Positions 1 through 9,354 of a stretch of 64,000 nucleotides of DNA are shown in pieces. Position numbers and translations under genes: made by a program. The stretch is from Verrucomicrobiota bacterium (lineage in GTDB: Bacteria; Verrucomicrobiota; Verrucomicrobiia; Limisphaerales; AAA164-E04), in the NCBI GenBank assembly GCA_047947115.1, contig CP170459.1:736001-800000 (forward strand), read 5' to 3'. Position 1 is the stretch's first letter, and the number at the start of each line of letters is the position of its first letter. The notes below the pieces were generated by a model. That model was not told the origin of the DNA. It made no database searches and saw only the letters and a list, made by a program, of their open reading frames with translations.

Positions 1-481
1 TCAGGGTGGGCAAATGCTCGAGAACATCACGAAGGTAGGCTGATGGTTCAACGTCGATCATCCGGCAACTTTGAACCAGGGTGTATACAACGGCTGAGCA
101 GTGTCCCGAGTCTTTGCTCCCCATGAACAACCAATTCTTTTTCCACAACTGAGGTTCCGCTTTGACCTCTTCGGGAATGAGAAGTTCTTCTTCCACAGGC
201 AAGTTATCTGGGACTTGCATCCTGGTCTTTCGTTGCCTCTTTCTGCTTGTTCTGGCAGGAGGTTCCTCCGCTTCTTCCTGTGCCTCCTCTTGAGCTTGCT
301 CAAGACCACTGAGTAAAAGTTGCAATTGATCCGGACTAAGTTTCTCAGTCTTCTTTCCGAAATAACGTTTAGCCAGAGCGTCTAGCTTTTGGCGCAGGAA
401 GGCATTTTCGACGGTCAAGGAGGCGACGGAGCGACGCAATTTTTCATTCTCAGCTTTGAGTTGATCCCGTGCATCGCTCAC
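1..481 (-). pseudogene. tnpC: IS66 TnpC transposase with in-frame internal deletion (partial at window edge)
   Basis: Manual translation from GTG 481: MSDARDQLKAENEKL...LAKRYFGKKTEKL (leucine-zipper N-terminus) ...PEEVKAEPQLW, joined directly to KKNWLFMGSKDSGHCSAVVYTLVQSCRMIDVEPSAYLRDVLEHLP (IS66 C-terminal motif). The zinc-finger and DDE core are absent. Confidence 0.8.
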
Positions 482-544
482 GAGAAAGAAGGTAAAATAA
501 ATGGTTTTTTATATCAAGTAATATACTATTAAAAGTGAGGGTTT

Positions 545-895
545 TTAACGCTCATACCAGGCACGCATGGTTGCCTGTTTCAGATCAACGCCATCCATTA
601 ACAGTTGCAACGCCTCAGGCACCAGCTGCATTTTCCTCGGATTGGCCCCCGTGCTCAATGGCCAGGAAAATTTTCCTTTCTCCAGCCGCTTGGCCATGAC
701 CCACAATCCGGTTCCATCAAAGTAAAGCAACTTGATTCGATTGCGTTTACGATTGGAGAACACAAACAGCGCCCCATCAAGAGGGTTTTCTTCCAACTGA
801 TTTTGGGCCAAAGCAAATAGACCATTGAATCCGCGACGCATATCGCAAAGTTCAATCGCCAGAAAGATCTTCAACCCAGCATGGAAACTTAACAT
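545..895 (-). CDS. tnpB: IS66 accessory protein TnpB
   Basis: DMRRGFNGL...LFVFSNRKRNRIKLLYFDGTGLWVMAKRLEKGKFSWP signature; the ATG at 895 overlaps the tnpA stop region. Confidence 0.95.
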   Translation of the reverse strand: MLSFHAGLKIFLAIELCDMRRGFNGLFALAQNQLEENPLDGALFVFSNRKRNRIKLLYFDGTGLWVMAKRLEKGKFSWPLSTGANPRKMQLVPEALQLLMDGVDLKQATMRAWYER

Positions 896-1251
896 GAGGC
901 TTGAGCATAGGCTTGAACCAGATCCAATGCCCATTGAATCTGATTGGGGTGGTAAATCTCAATCGAACAATCATACGGCAATCGAATGATCATTGGCGAC
1001 TGAGCAGAGCCATTCATCTGGATCTTGAAAAAACCATCCGTTGACCCAACGGTTTTTTGCTTCTTAGTTGGAGAAACCCCCAGCCATTTGATCAACGTAT
1101 CGCGTGTGACCGTTTTATCGAGACAATACCGATAAGGACTCAATCCGCTTTTATGAAAGTCCTTGAGGATTTCCTCCCGCTCATGTTGTGAGTAGCGCTT
1201 TGCGCATGTAGGGGATTTTTTGGCTGGGGCCTGTATTGATGCTTGATCCAT
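889..1251 (-). CDS. tnpA: IS66 accessory protein TnpA (HTH)
   Basis: RYSQHEREEILKDFHKSGLS HTH-like N-terminus; lies between the IS end and tnpB. Start moved to ATG 1251 so that it falls inside the element. Confidence 0.8.
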   Translation of the reverse strand: MDQASIQAPAKKSPTCAKRYSQHEREEILKDFHKSGLSPYRYCLDKTVTRDTLIKWLGVSPTKKQKTVGSTDGFFKIQMNGSAQSPMIIRLPYDCSIEIYHPNQIQWALDLVQAYAQASC

Positions 1252-1311
1252 GCTTGGGAGTATTACCCTGATGGAAGCCTTTGACCAGTAGGTCGCCGGT
1301 ACACCGCTTAC

Positions 1312-3010
1312 GTTTTTTTGCCTTTTTTGATCTGAAGATGTACACACCACTTGTGTGATAGGTCTGCTTGTTAGTGAAAATCTATACCGAGCTTAAGCCG
1401 CTTTGGCTTTTTGCTCCGCAGCTTGCCGTTGTTTCTCTATCAAGGCTCGCCCGATACGATGCAAATTGTAAGCCAGCACCCCAAACCCAACATATCGTTT
1501 GTACCCTGATAGCCCTTTGTCTGGGCATCGGTTCAGTCCGTGATGCTCCAGTTCATTGATGTTGCTTTCAATGGCTGCATGTCGTCGCTTGAGTCTTTTA
1601 AAGGAGCTGCTGGTTTCACGTTCCTCTTCGACTTTATTGCGTCTTCCTTTTTTGGGCATCACTACCTCCGGGATCTGCAGCTTCAAATCCTCTAGTTTAC
1701 TCATGTCACTGAACCCTTTGTCCATGCTCAGCGAATGGATGTTTCCTTCTCCAAAACGATTTACCAGTCGCAATACCAACGGTTCGAGTTCCTGATTGTC
1801 CGTGGTCTTTTCCATGACTTTGTAATCCAATATCAGTCCGTGCTGATCAGTGCTTACTAGGACTTTGTGTCCCAGTTCAACGGAGGGACGCATCTTGCCC
1901 TTGGCGATCCATTCAGTATGGGGTTCGAAGAGCGAAAACACTTTTTCCTCGTGTGGAATAGTCTCTTCTTTCACGATTCGGCGTTCAACCAAATCAATAT
2001 GCTTCTCAAGCATTAAGGCAAAATAGCGGATTTTTTCGAGGCAGAGAAAGTGCGTTGGATCCTGGCAGACTTTATCCACTCGCCCAATATCTTCAGAGAC
2101 TTTTGCTCCAAGTTCCTTTGCTTTGCGAAGGTAATTTTTCGCGGCTTTTTCCTGACGCTGATGTCGATTCTTGCCACCGCGACTAGACTGCTGAAGCTGG
2201 CGCATCAAGCCCTTGATGGTTGTTTTCCAATTTTTGGCTTTACGCCATCCCTCAAGGCCAACCTCCCGGGCAAGCCAACTCAGTAAGTCGATGCTTTTGC
2301 GTGCCGCATCCCACAACAGATTAATATCGGTTGGAAAGTGCACATTGGTCTCAAGAACGTAGCTATCGGTTTTAACGAGGATTTTTTCGGCGACGTTTTT
2401 TTTTAGTTCCTTGCGTCCGTGCAAAACCACGATTTCATTGATTTGCCCCAGAAGTTGCTCGTCCACATGACAAACATTTTCACTGAGAGTTTTGTGGTGA
2501 AAATTTTCCCCACCGGAGGCCACAACGGGCAATCCCATAATCTGTCGCACCAATGAATGGTGATTGGCCATATCCTCAAGCCGGTCATAGTCGCAATCCA
2601 AAGACATTCGACACACACCCAAAACCAGAATTTGCCACAAATCCATTCAGGGGCGACCGGTGTGCTTCTTGTTTCCGATTACCTTTTGTTCCAGCAATTC
2701 GAAAACCTGTTCGTTGATTTCAGGTGTTGAAAAGATCCACTGCAGCCCAGCCAAAGTAGGAGGGAGCTCATCGCGACTTTTTAACGGGATGGAAACGAGT
2801 TCAATAGGTGTTTGACCCAAATTAAGCTGAGCTTCAAATCGCTTGCGCATGGGGCATAACACTACCACTGCAGAGTGATTTTTACGACGAATATCAGAGA
2901 GAAAATCTCATTTTTTCAACAATTTGAATGACAACGTTCCGGGATTCGTTCTCAGAAAACTTCGGAATCCCTTTGCTGACTTGATCATTCTAGTTTTCAG
3001 TCAGGCACTA
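1312..3010 (-). mobile_element. ISNCY/IS5-like insertion sequence inserted in an attC site; its right end is displaced by IS66
   Basis: Transposase 1393-2850. An end motif TAGTGCCTGACTGAAAAC (minus strand from 3010) abuts a half attC. No matching inverted end lies between 1312 and 1392. Confidence 0.75.
1393..2850 (-). pseudogene. ISNCY-family DDE transposase with in-frame nonsense codon
   Basis: ORFs 2647-2850 and 1393-2646 are in one frame: ...HTGRP*MDLWQILVLG, where this family usually reads GRPGM (GGA>TGA at 2647-2649). Motifs DSYVLETNVHFPTD, EKVFSLFEPHTEWI, DKGF and HAAIESNINELEHHGLNRC are present. Confidence 0.85.
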
Positions 3011-3085
3011 GTTAATGGTTCAAATTTCATCATACGCTACAAATCACAGCGGCGGTGGCCAGTTGCCTACACCGTTCTGTTCGCA
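3011..3085 (-). repeat. attC site 4 (partial; interrupted by IS)
   Basis: Matches the R''/L'' half of the other three repeats; R'' TGCGAAC lies immediately after the toxin stop. Confidence 0.85.
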
Positions 3086-3377
3086 CTATATCCGTTGGTT
3101 TCCATAGCGCGGATGCCTGCCATGATGCCTTATACGACAACAATTCGAATACCTTCGCTCAACACCCGATAAAGAAAATGGTATGGAAAACGTTTTAGAT
3201 TGGCTCGGCGGCGTCCCTGATCAACTTGATGAAACCTTAGTGGCGCATTGGCAGCAGCTTCAATCACTGTTATCAATTCCTCCAAAATGCATCTCCTAAT
3301 CGAGGTGAGATGTTATCGTAATGCCGGAGAATCCGTCTGACTTCCCGCTGAACCGTGGGATGATACTCCACTCTCAT
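3086..3377 (-). pseudogene. RelE/ParE-family toxin, two frameshifts (cassette 4)
   Basis: ATGA overlap with the antitoxin. Reads MRVEYHPTVQREVRRILRHYDNISPRLGDAFW / EELITVIEAAANAPLRF...RRANLKRFPYHFLYRV...IRIVVV / RHHGRHPRYGNQRI*, with frame breaks near 3282 and 3132. Confidence 0.75.
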
Positions 3378-3592
3378 CGCCCGCGCTCTTCCTGAACACG
3401 GCGTACGAATTCTTCGTGAAGCATTGGTTCAACAGCCCCGCTTTCCATCTCTGCCTCACGCCTATCCACCTCATCATCTGTGACCATACTATCCGGCGCA
3501 CCGAGAGTTTCGATGAGAGAAACGACCAAAGTGGCACGCTCCGGAGCGTTTAATCCATGAGCTTCCCGCTCAATGTCCTGTAGGGTCATCAC
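3374..3592 (-). CDS. Addiction-module antitoxin (cassette 4)
   Basis: 72 aa, LNAPERATLVVSLIETL...EVDRREAEMESGAVE pattern; directly upstream of the ParE-like toxin. Confidence 0.8.
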   Translation of the reverse strand: MMTLQDIEREAHGLNAPERATLVVSLIETLGAPDSMVTDDEVDRREAEMESGAVEPMLHEEFVRRVQEERGR

Positions 3593-3641
3593 ACAAGAAT
3601 AACTTCATCGACCACCGCATGCAATACTTGTGTCATGTCCG

Positions 3642-3762
3642 AGCAAACGTCGAGACGCTGGCCTGTAAGCCGACCTGACGATTCTCAGTTAAAGGTTCAA
3701 ATTTCATCACACGCTCCAAATCACAGCGGCGGTGGCCAGTTGCCTGCACCGTCCTGGTAGGA
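3642..3762 (-). repeat. attC site 3 (L' box damaged)
   Basis: R'' TCCTACC, L'' GGTGCAGG and a shared central sequence. Five nt shorter than attC1/2 around L'; R' most likely GTTTGCT. Confidence 0.85.
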
Positions 3763-3765
3763 TAC

Positions 3766-4152
3766 CTAAGGATACTTCTCCAGCCAAGCGTCTGAATCAT
3801 CTCCCAAATCCTCTGGGGCAATCTTCCGCAAATGATCGATGATGTCCCGGACAACATGAGCTCGAGCTGCTTCGACCATGTCATCCAACTTGGAATCTGG
3901 GACCAGTGTGCTGCCCGATGGGTAATACCCAATAGTGCCACGCATCTGGCCAACTGCCTCACTCGGATCAGTGGTCTCAAGTGCGGACTCTCTCATCACT
4001 TCGAATATAGTAACGTAACTGTGAGCGAGTCCGAGTCGAACATGTTGAATACCGTAATCCACAAAAAACCAAGCGGACAGGATAGCGAATAATACAGCGA
4101 CAACCACTGATGGAACCAAACGTATACGTTTCACGTGTTCTGGTTCCGTCAT
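3766..4152 (-). CDS. Cassette 3: hypothetical protein with one N-terminal TM helix
   Basis: 128 aa ORF exactly filling the space between attC2 and attC3; hydrophobic LVPSVVVAVLFAILSAWFFV. Confidence 0.75.
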   Translation of the reverse strand: MTEPEHVKRIRLVPSVVVAVLFAILSAWFFVDYGIQHVRLGLAHSYVTIFEVMRESALETTDPSEAVGQMRGTIGYYPSGSTLVPDSKLDDMVEAARAHVVRDIIDHLRKIAPEDLGDDSDAWLEKYP

Positions 4153-4160
4153 GTTCTGGA

Positions 4161-4286
4161 TCCTACCGTCGAGGTCAGGCGCTGGCCTGTAAGCCGACCT
4201 GACAATACTCGGTTAAAGGATCAAATTTCATCATATGCTCCGAATCAAAGCGGCGGTGGCCAGTTGCCTGCACCGCCCTGGTAGGC
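4161..4286 (-). repeat. attC site 2 (126 bp)
   Basis: R'' GCCTACC-5nt-L'' GGTGCAGG ... L' CCTGACC-5nt-R' GGTAGGA; imperfect inverted repeat with one extra base in L''. Confidence 0.9.
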
Positions 4287-4299
4287 GATAAAGAGCAAT

Positions 4300-4632
4300 C
4301 TAACTCTCCATGGTCCGTCTTGCATTCTCTTTCAAGTGCAGTATACGTATCACAGTGCCCCGCGCAATAACTCGAACGCCCTCTCGAATCTCAAACTCTG
4401 TACCAACTTCAAGGTGGTCGACGTGTGCGTGAGGACTCAAGAATCGAAACAAAGTCCTCGCAGTATCGCCCGGTCGAACGCAATCTCTTCCAAGATACTC
4501 CTGATCTGCATCCCAATTCTCTCCCTTGTAATAAAACTGCCCCCTATATCCTGTATGCACTGGTCTGGATCTACCACCGTCCTCGGTGGATAGAAATGAT
4601 ACCTCTGCCTCAATGTCTGGTGGAAATTTCAA
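4300..4632 (-). CDS. Cassette 2: stand-alone EF-Tu C-terminal (domain III)-like protein
   Basis: EAEVSFLSTEDGGRSRPVHTGYRGQFYY...VRPGD...LEVGTEFEIREGVRVIARGTV resembles EF-Tu domain 3; no G-domain. Confidence 0.8.
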   Translation of the reverse strand: MKFPPDIEAEVSFLSTEDGGRSRPVHTGYRGQFYYKGENWDADQEYLGRDCVRPGDTARTLFRFLSPHAHVDHLEVGTEFEIREGVRVIARGTVIRILHLKENARRTMES

Positions 4633-4635
4633 GTG

Positions 4636-4761
4636 GCCTACCGTATAGGTCAGGCGCTGGCCTGTAAGCCGACCGGACGATACTCAGTTAAAGGTTCAAA
4701 TTTCATCATACGCTCCGAATCACATCGGCGGTGGCCAGTTGCCTGCACCGCCTTGTTCGAC
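4636..4761 (-). repeat. attC site 1 (126 bp)
   Basis: R'' GTCGAAC-5nt-L'' GGTGCAGG ... L' CCTGACC-5nt-R' GGTAGGC. Confidence 0.9.
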
Positions 4762-4765
4762 GATG

Positions 4766-5056
4766 TCACGCTCTCGTAATCACCCACTCCTCTGCACTCT
4801 TCCTGAAGTTGTCGGGTATGTTTTTCCACCTAGTCCCTGTAGAAAGTGTCAAATCTCCAACTGTATCGACAATGTGCTTGAACCAATCCAGATAGCTCCA
4901 CTCTCTGGGCTTGGGGGAATACAAGTATCGCCCCTTGGAGTCCCAGTGAACTTCGGTACCCTCACGATAAATCATCGGGTAAGTGTTAGATGTCGGAGTA
5001 ATGAGCAAGCGTCCCTGCTCGTCAATCGCTACCTCGGCTATGGGATCGGTATTCAC
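4766..5056 (-). CDS. Cassette 1: small protein resembling the integron cassette family Hfx_Cass5
   Basis: 96 aa between attI and attC1. The IDEQGRL...IYREGTEVHWD...LYSPKPREWSYLDWF pattern was recognised from memory; no search was run. Confidence 0.6.
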   Translation of the reverse strand: MNTDPIAEVAIDEQGRLLITPTSNTYPMIYREGTEVHWDSKGRYLYSPKPREWSYLDWFKHIVDTVGDLTLSTGTRWKNIPDNFRKSAEEWVITRA

Positions 5057-5062
5057 TTTGTC

Positions 5063-5100
5063 ATCGAACAGTTTAGATTAATGGAAAAATTTCCATGTTA
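5063..5100 (-). other. attI recombination site (putative)
   Basis: Minus strand AATCTAAACT-GTTCGAT. The core GTTCGAT (5063-5069) nearly complements R'' GTCGAAC of the first cassette and lies upstream of the divergent intI. Confidence 0.7.
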
Positions 5101-5199
5101 AATTCCCTTATAGGTGGATGATTTTCCACTTATTGTGATATCTGGGGTGGAAATATGGAAAGTTTTCCATGTGTGATATTTGGTTGACGTTATTTCCAT
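5081..5199. promoter_or_regulatory. Three 16-bp palindromes RTGGA-N6-TCCAY plus a half site between attI and intI
   Basis: ATGGAAAAATTTCCAT 5081-5096, GTGGATGATTTTCCAC 5114-5129, ATGGAAAGTTTTCCAT 5155-5170; half site TTTCCAT ending at 5199. Confidence 0.55.
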
Positions 5200-5224
5200 T
5201 AATCCAGATATTAGGTTTCGAAAA

Positions 5225-6223
5225 GTGGAAAGCAAGGCCAAATTCATTCCAAATCCGAAGAAGCGCCTGATGGATCAGGTGCGGGAGGTGTTGCGGTATC
5301 ATCATTATGCCTATCGTACGGAACAGATTTATTGCCAATGGATTGTAAGGTTCGTCAAGTTCTACGAAAGCAAGCGGCATCCCAGAGAAATGGGCGCTCC
5401 CGAGGTGCAGGCTTTCTTGTCTCATCTGGCCAGCGATCGGGATGTGGCGGCTTCGACTCAAAAACAGGCGCTGAATGCGCTGGTTTTTCTCTATCGTCAT
5501 GTGCTGGATCAACCGCTGGCCCAAGGTATGGATCCCAGGAAAGCGAGCAGAGGCATGCGTCCTCCAACGGTATTGACGGAAGAGGAAGTGTCTCGACTTC
5601 TGGACGCCATGGAAGGCGTTCATCGTTTGATGGCTCAGTTGATGTATGGTTCGGGACTGCGGTTGATGGAGTGCATTCGGCTACGCGTTAAGGATCTGGA
5701 CTTTGGGCAGGGACAGATCTTTGTGCGTGATGGCAAAGGGGGCAAGGATCGGGTCACGATTTTGCCCACGCAACTGCATCACTCGTTGAAGGCGCAACTT
5801 GAAAAAGTCAGCGCGCTGCATCGTCAGGATTTATCGGAAGGCGCGGGTGAAGTGTATCTGCCGTTGGCATTGGATCGAAAGTATCCAAATGCCGGAAAGT
5901 CTTTTGAGTGGCAGTATGCTTTTCCCGCCAGGAAACGCTCTATTGATCCAAGGTCCGGAAAGGAGCGTCGTCATCATGTCATGGAGAATGGATTGCAAAA
6001 AGCGGTCAAGCGCGCCGCGCTGGCAACAGCGATCCCCAAGCGCATCAGCACGCATACGTTGCGTCATAGTTTCGCGACCCACATGTTGGAACATGGCATC
6101 CACATTAGGGCTTTACAGGAACTGATGGGGCATGCGGATGTGAAAACGACCGAGATCTACACCCATGTCATGAAAAAGGATATCAAACAGTGGATCAGTC
6201 CGCTGGATCGTATCATGGGGTGA
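5225..6223 (+). CDS. intI: Integron integrase
   Basis: Tyrosine recombinase residues intact (GLRLME, GKGGKDR, HTLRHSFATH, MGHAD, TEIYTH), plus the IntI-specific patch VYLPLALDRKYPNAGKSFEWQYAFP. GTG 5225 is the likely start. Confidence 0.97.
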   Translation: MESKAKFIPNPKKRLMDQVREVLRYHHYAYRTEQIYCQWIVRFVKFYESKRHPREMGAPEVQAFLSHLASDRDVAASTQKQALNALVFLYRHVLDQPLAQGMDPRKASRGMRPPTVLTEEEVSRLLDAMEGVHRLMAQLMYGSGLRLMECIRLRVKDLDFGQGQIFVRDGKGGKDRVTILPTQLHHSLKAQLEKVSALHRQDLSEGAGEVYLPLALDRKYPNAGKSFEWQYAFPARKRSIDPRSGKERRHHVMENGLQKAVKRAALATAIPKRISTHTLRHSFATHMLEHGIHIRALQELMGHADVKTTEIYTHVMKKDIKQWISPLDRIMG

Positions 6224-6586
6224 TTTTTTGACAGGATGAACGGGATAAACAGGATCAGGTGTGGGTTTTTGATCGATCAGGGGTTCCCTTTGGATACGTG
6301 TTTGGATTTCGTACACCATCAGGTGCGTGACTTCGCGTCATTGCGATAAAAATTGTAACGAGATGATCTGGGGCGTGGGAGGTCGGTAGTTTTTTGGGGT
6401 TTCCTTCGTGGGTGGGCAGCCATGTTTGGATACCAAAAGGCACGGGGCAGGGACGCCCTGATCTATTTGTTCAGCATGACTAATCCAGCGGAGCGTAAGG
6501 ACATATTTAATAAGCATACCTAATTTATCTCACAAGTTACTGGAATTATTGATGGGAAATGTGTGCGGGTTTTATTGACAGCTTGA

Positions 6587-8101
<1,515 letters not shown>

Positions 8102-8152
8102 TAGGTGTTGCACCTGGGGTCCTAGTGGCCCCAAACCACTTAAGGTCCGTTT

Positions 8153-8566
8153 ATGGCTGATACATTGAGACTCGAAATCGTCACTCCCGAGGATAGGATT
8201 TACTCGGAGGAAGTGGACATGGTGACACTTCCCGGGCAGGAAGGCCAGATGGGGGTTTTCCCGAAGCACGTTCCTTTGATGACCCAGGTTTCCGCTGGTG
8301 AGATCGTGGCAAAGAAAGGTGCCGAGGAGCAATACCTGGCGGTTGGTGAAGGGTTTGTTCAGATCATGCCTGACAAGGTATCCGTATTGACGGATATGGC
8401 AATCACCGAAGAGAACATCGACGAAGCAAAGGCAGAGGAAGCTCGCAAGCGGGCGGAAGACCGGCTTCAGGAAAAGCTCTCGGACGAGGAAATGGCCACT
8501 GTCAAAGCAGCCCTTGCTCACTCCCTGGCACAGTTGCATGTCAAGCGACGCCGCCGGAACATGTAG
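8153..8566 (+). CDS. atpC: F1F0 ATP synthase epsilon subunit
   Basis: LRLEIVTPE...LPGQEGQMGVFPKHVPL; follows atpD. Confidence 0.97.
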   Translation: MADTLRLEIVTPEDRIYSEEVDMVTLPGQEGQMGVFPKHVPLMTQVSAGEIVAKKGAEEQYLAVGEGFVQIMPDKVSVLTDMAITEENIDEAKAEEARKRAEDRLQEKLSDEEMATVKAALAHSLAQLHVKRRRRNM

Positions 8567-8589
8567 GCGAATCTTGCCATCAAGTTTTT

Positions 8590-8618
8590 AAGTCCCGGTT
8601 TTCACCGGGACTTTTTTT
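8590..8618 (+). terminator. Intrinsic terminator after atpC
   Basis: AAGTCCCGGT-TTTC-ACCGGGACTT followed by a T run. Confidence 0.85.
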
Positions 8619-8622
8619 GTCC

Positions 8623-9192
8623 TCATACATTAAGTTTGAGAAAATTTCCAAGCATCTTTTTTCCATGTTCGGTCAGGATGCTTTCCGGGTGGAACTGAAC
8701 GCCCCAGACAGGCAGGGTCTTGTGTCGCATGCCCATGATCTCGCCTTCTTCGGTTTCAGCGGTTACTTCAAAACAATCGGGCAATGTTTCCCTTCTGGCT
8801 ACCAGAGAATGATAACGTGTGGCATTGAACGGACTGGGGATACCCTCAAACAGGTCTTTGCCGTTGTGATGGATAGGGGATGTTTTGCCATGCATCAGCC
8901 GGTAATTGACGATGATTTCCGCTCCAAAGCTGTAGGCTATGCATTGATGCCCCAGACAAACTCCCAGCAAGGGAACTTTACCGGCGTAAGCTTTGATGAT
9001 TTCGTTGGAAAGACCCGCCTCTTTCGGAGAACAAGGCCCGGGAGAAATCAAAATGCGATCAGGACACTTGGCAGCGATCTCATCCAATGAAATCTGATCG
9101 TTGCGGTGCACTTCCATGTCCACGTTCATCTCACCCAGGTATTGCACCAGGTTGTAGGTAAACGAATCGTAATTGTCGATAACCAGCATCAT
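8623..9192 (-). CDS. trpG: Anthranilate/aminodeoxychorismate synthase component II (TrpG/PabA)
   Basis: [41 protein letters not shown]. Confidence 0.93.
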   Translation of the reverse strand: MMLVIDNYDSFTYNLVQYLGEMNVDMEVHRNDQISLDEIAAKCPDRILISPGPCSPKEAGLSNEIIKAYAGKVPLLGVCLGHQCIAYSFGAEIIVNYRLMHGKTSPIHHNGKDLFEGIPSPFNATRYHSLVARRETLPDCFEVTAETEEGEIMGMRHKTLPVWGVQFHPESILTEHGKKMLGNFLKLNV

Positions 9193-9354
9193 AAGACCTT
9201 CCACCCCTCTCAACGAACACATCCCGTCGTAGAGGCCATGCCAGCTTAATAAGTCACGTTCATAGTTCGCAATGGTTTTTATTGGTCGGTCGGATTTTAA
9301 GAAAGGATTCCCCCTGAATTAAATTGCAGTCCAACCTCACAAATTCATAGAATC

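Larger units (their letters stand above)
1..1311 (-). mobile_element. IS66-family insertion sequence (runs off the left edge; tnpC internally deleted)
   Basis: tnpA-tnpB-tnpC order on the minus strand. The left end reads GTAAGCGGTGTACCGGCGACC from 1311 downward, matching the GTAAGCG end typical of IS66. Confidence 0.9.

Noticed and set aside
2647..2649. Stop-codon reassignment (TGA read as Gly)
   Set aside because: TGA ends many ordinary genes here (intI, acnA, ribD), and other premature stops are TAA and TAG.
4300..4632. Calling cassette 2 a tuf pseudogene
   Set aside because: Too diverged from EF-Tu and bounded cleanly by cassette cores; it looks like a complete small gene.
3011..4761. 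CRISPR interpretation of the spaced repeats
   Set aside because: Repeats are ~126 bp, separated by whole genes, have attC box structure and sit next to intI; no cas genes.
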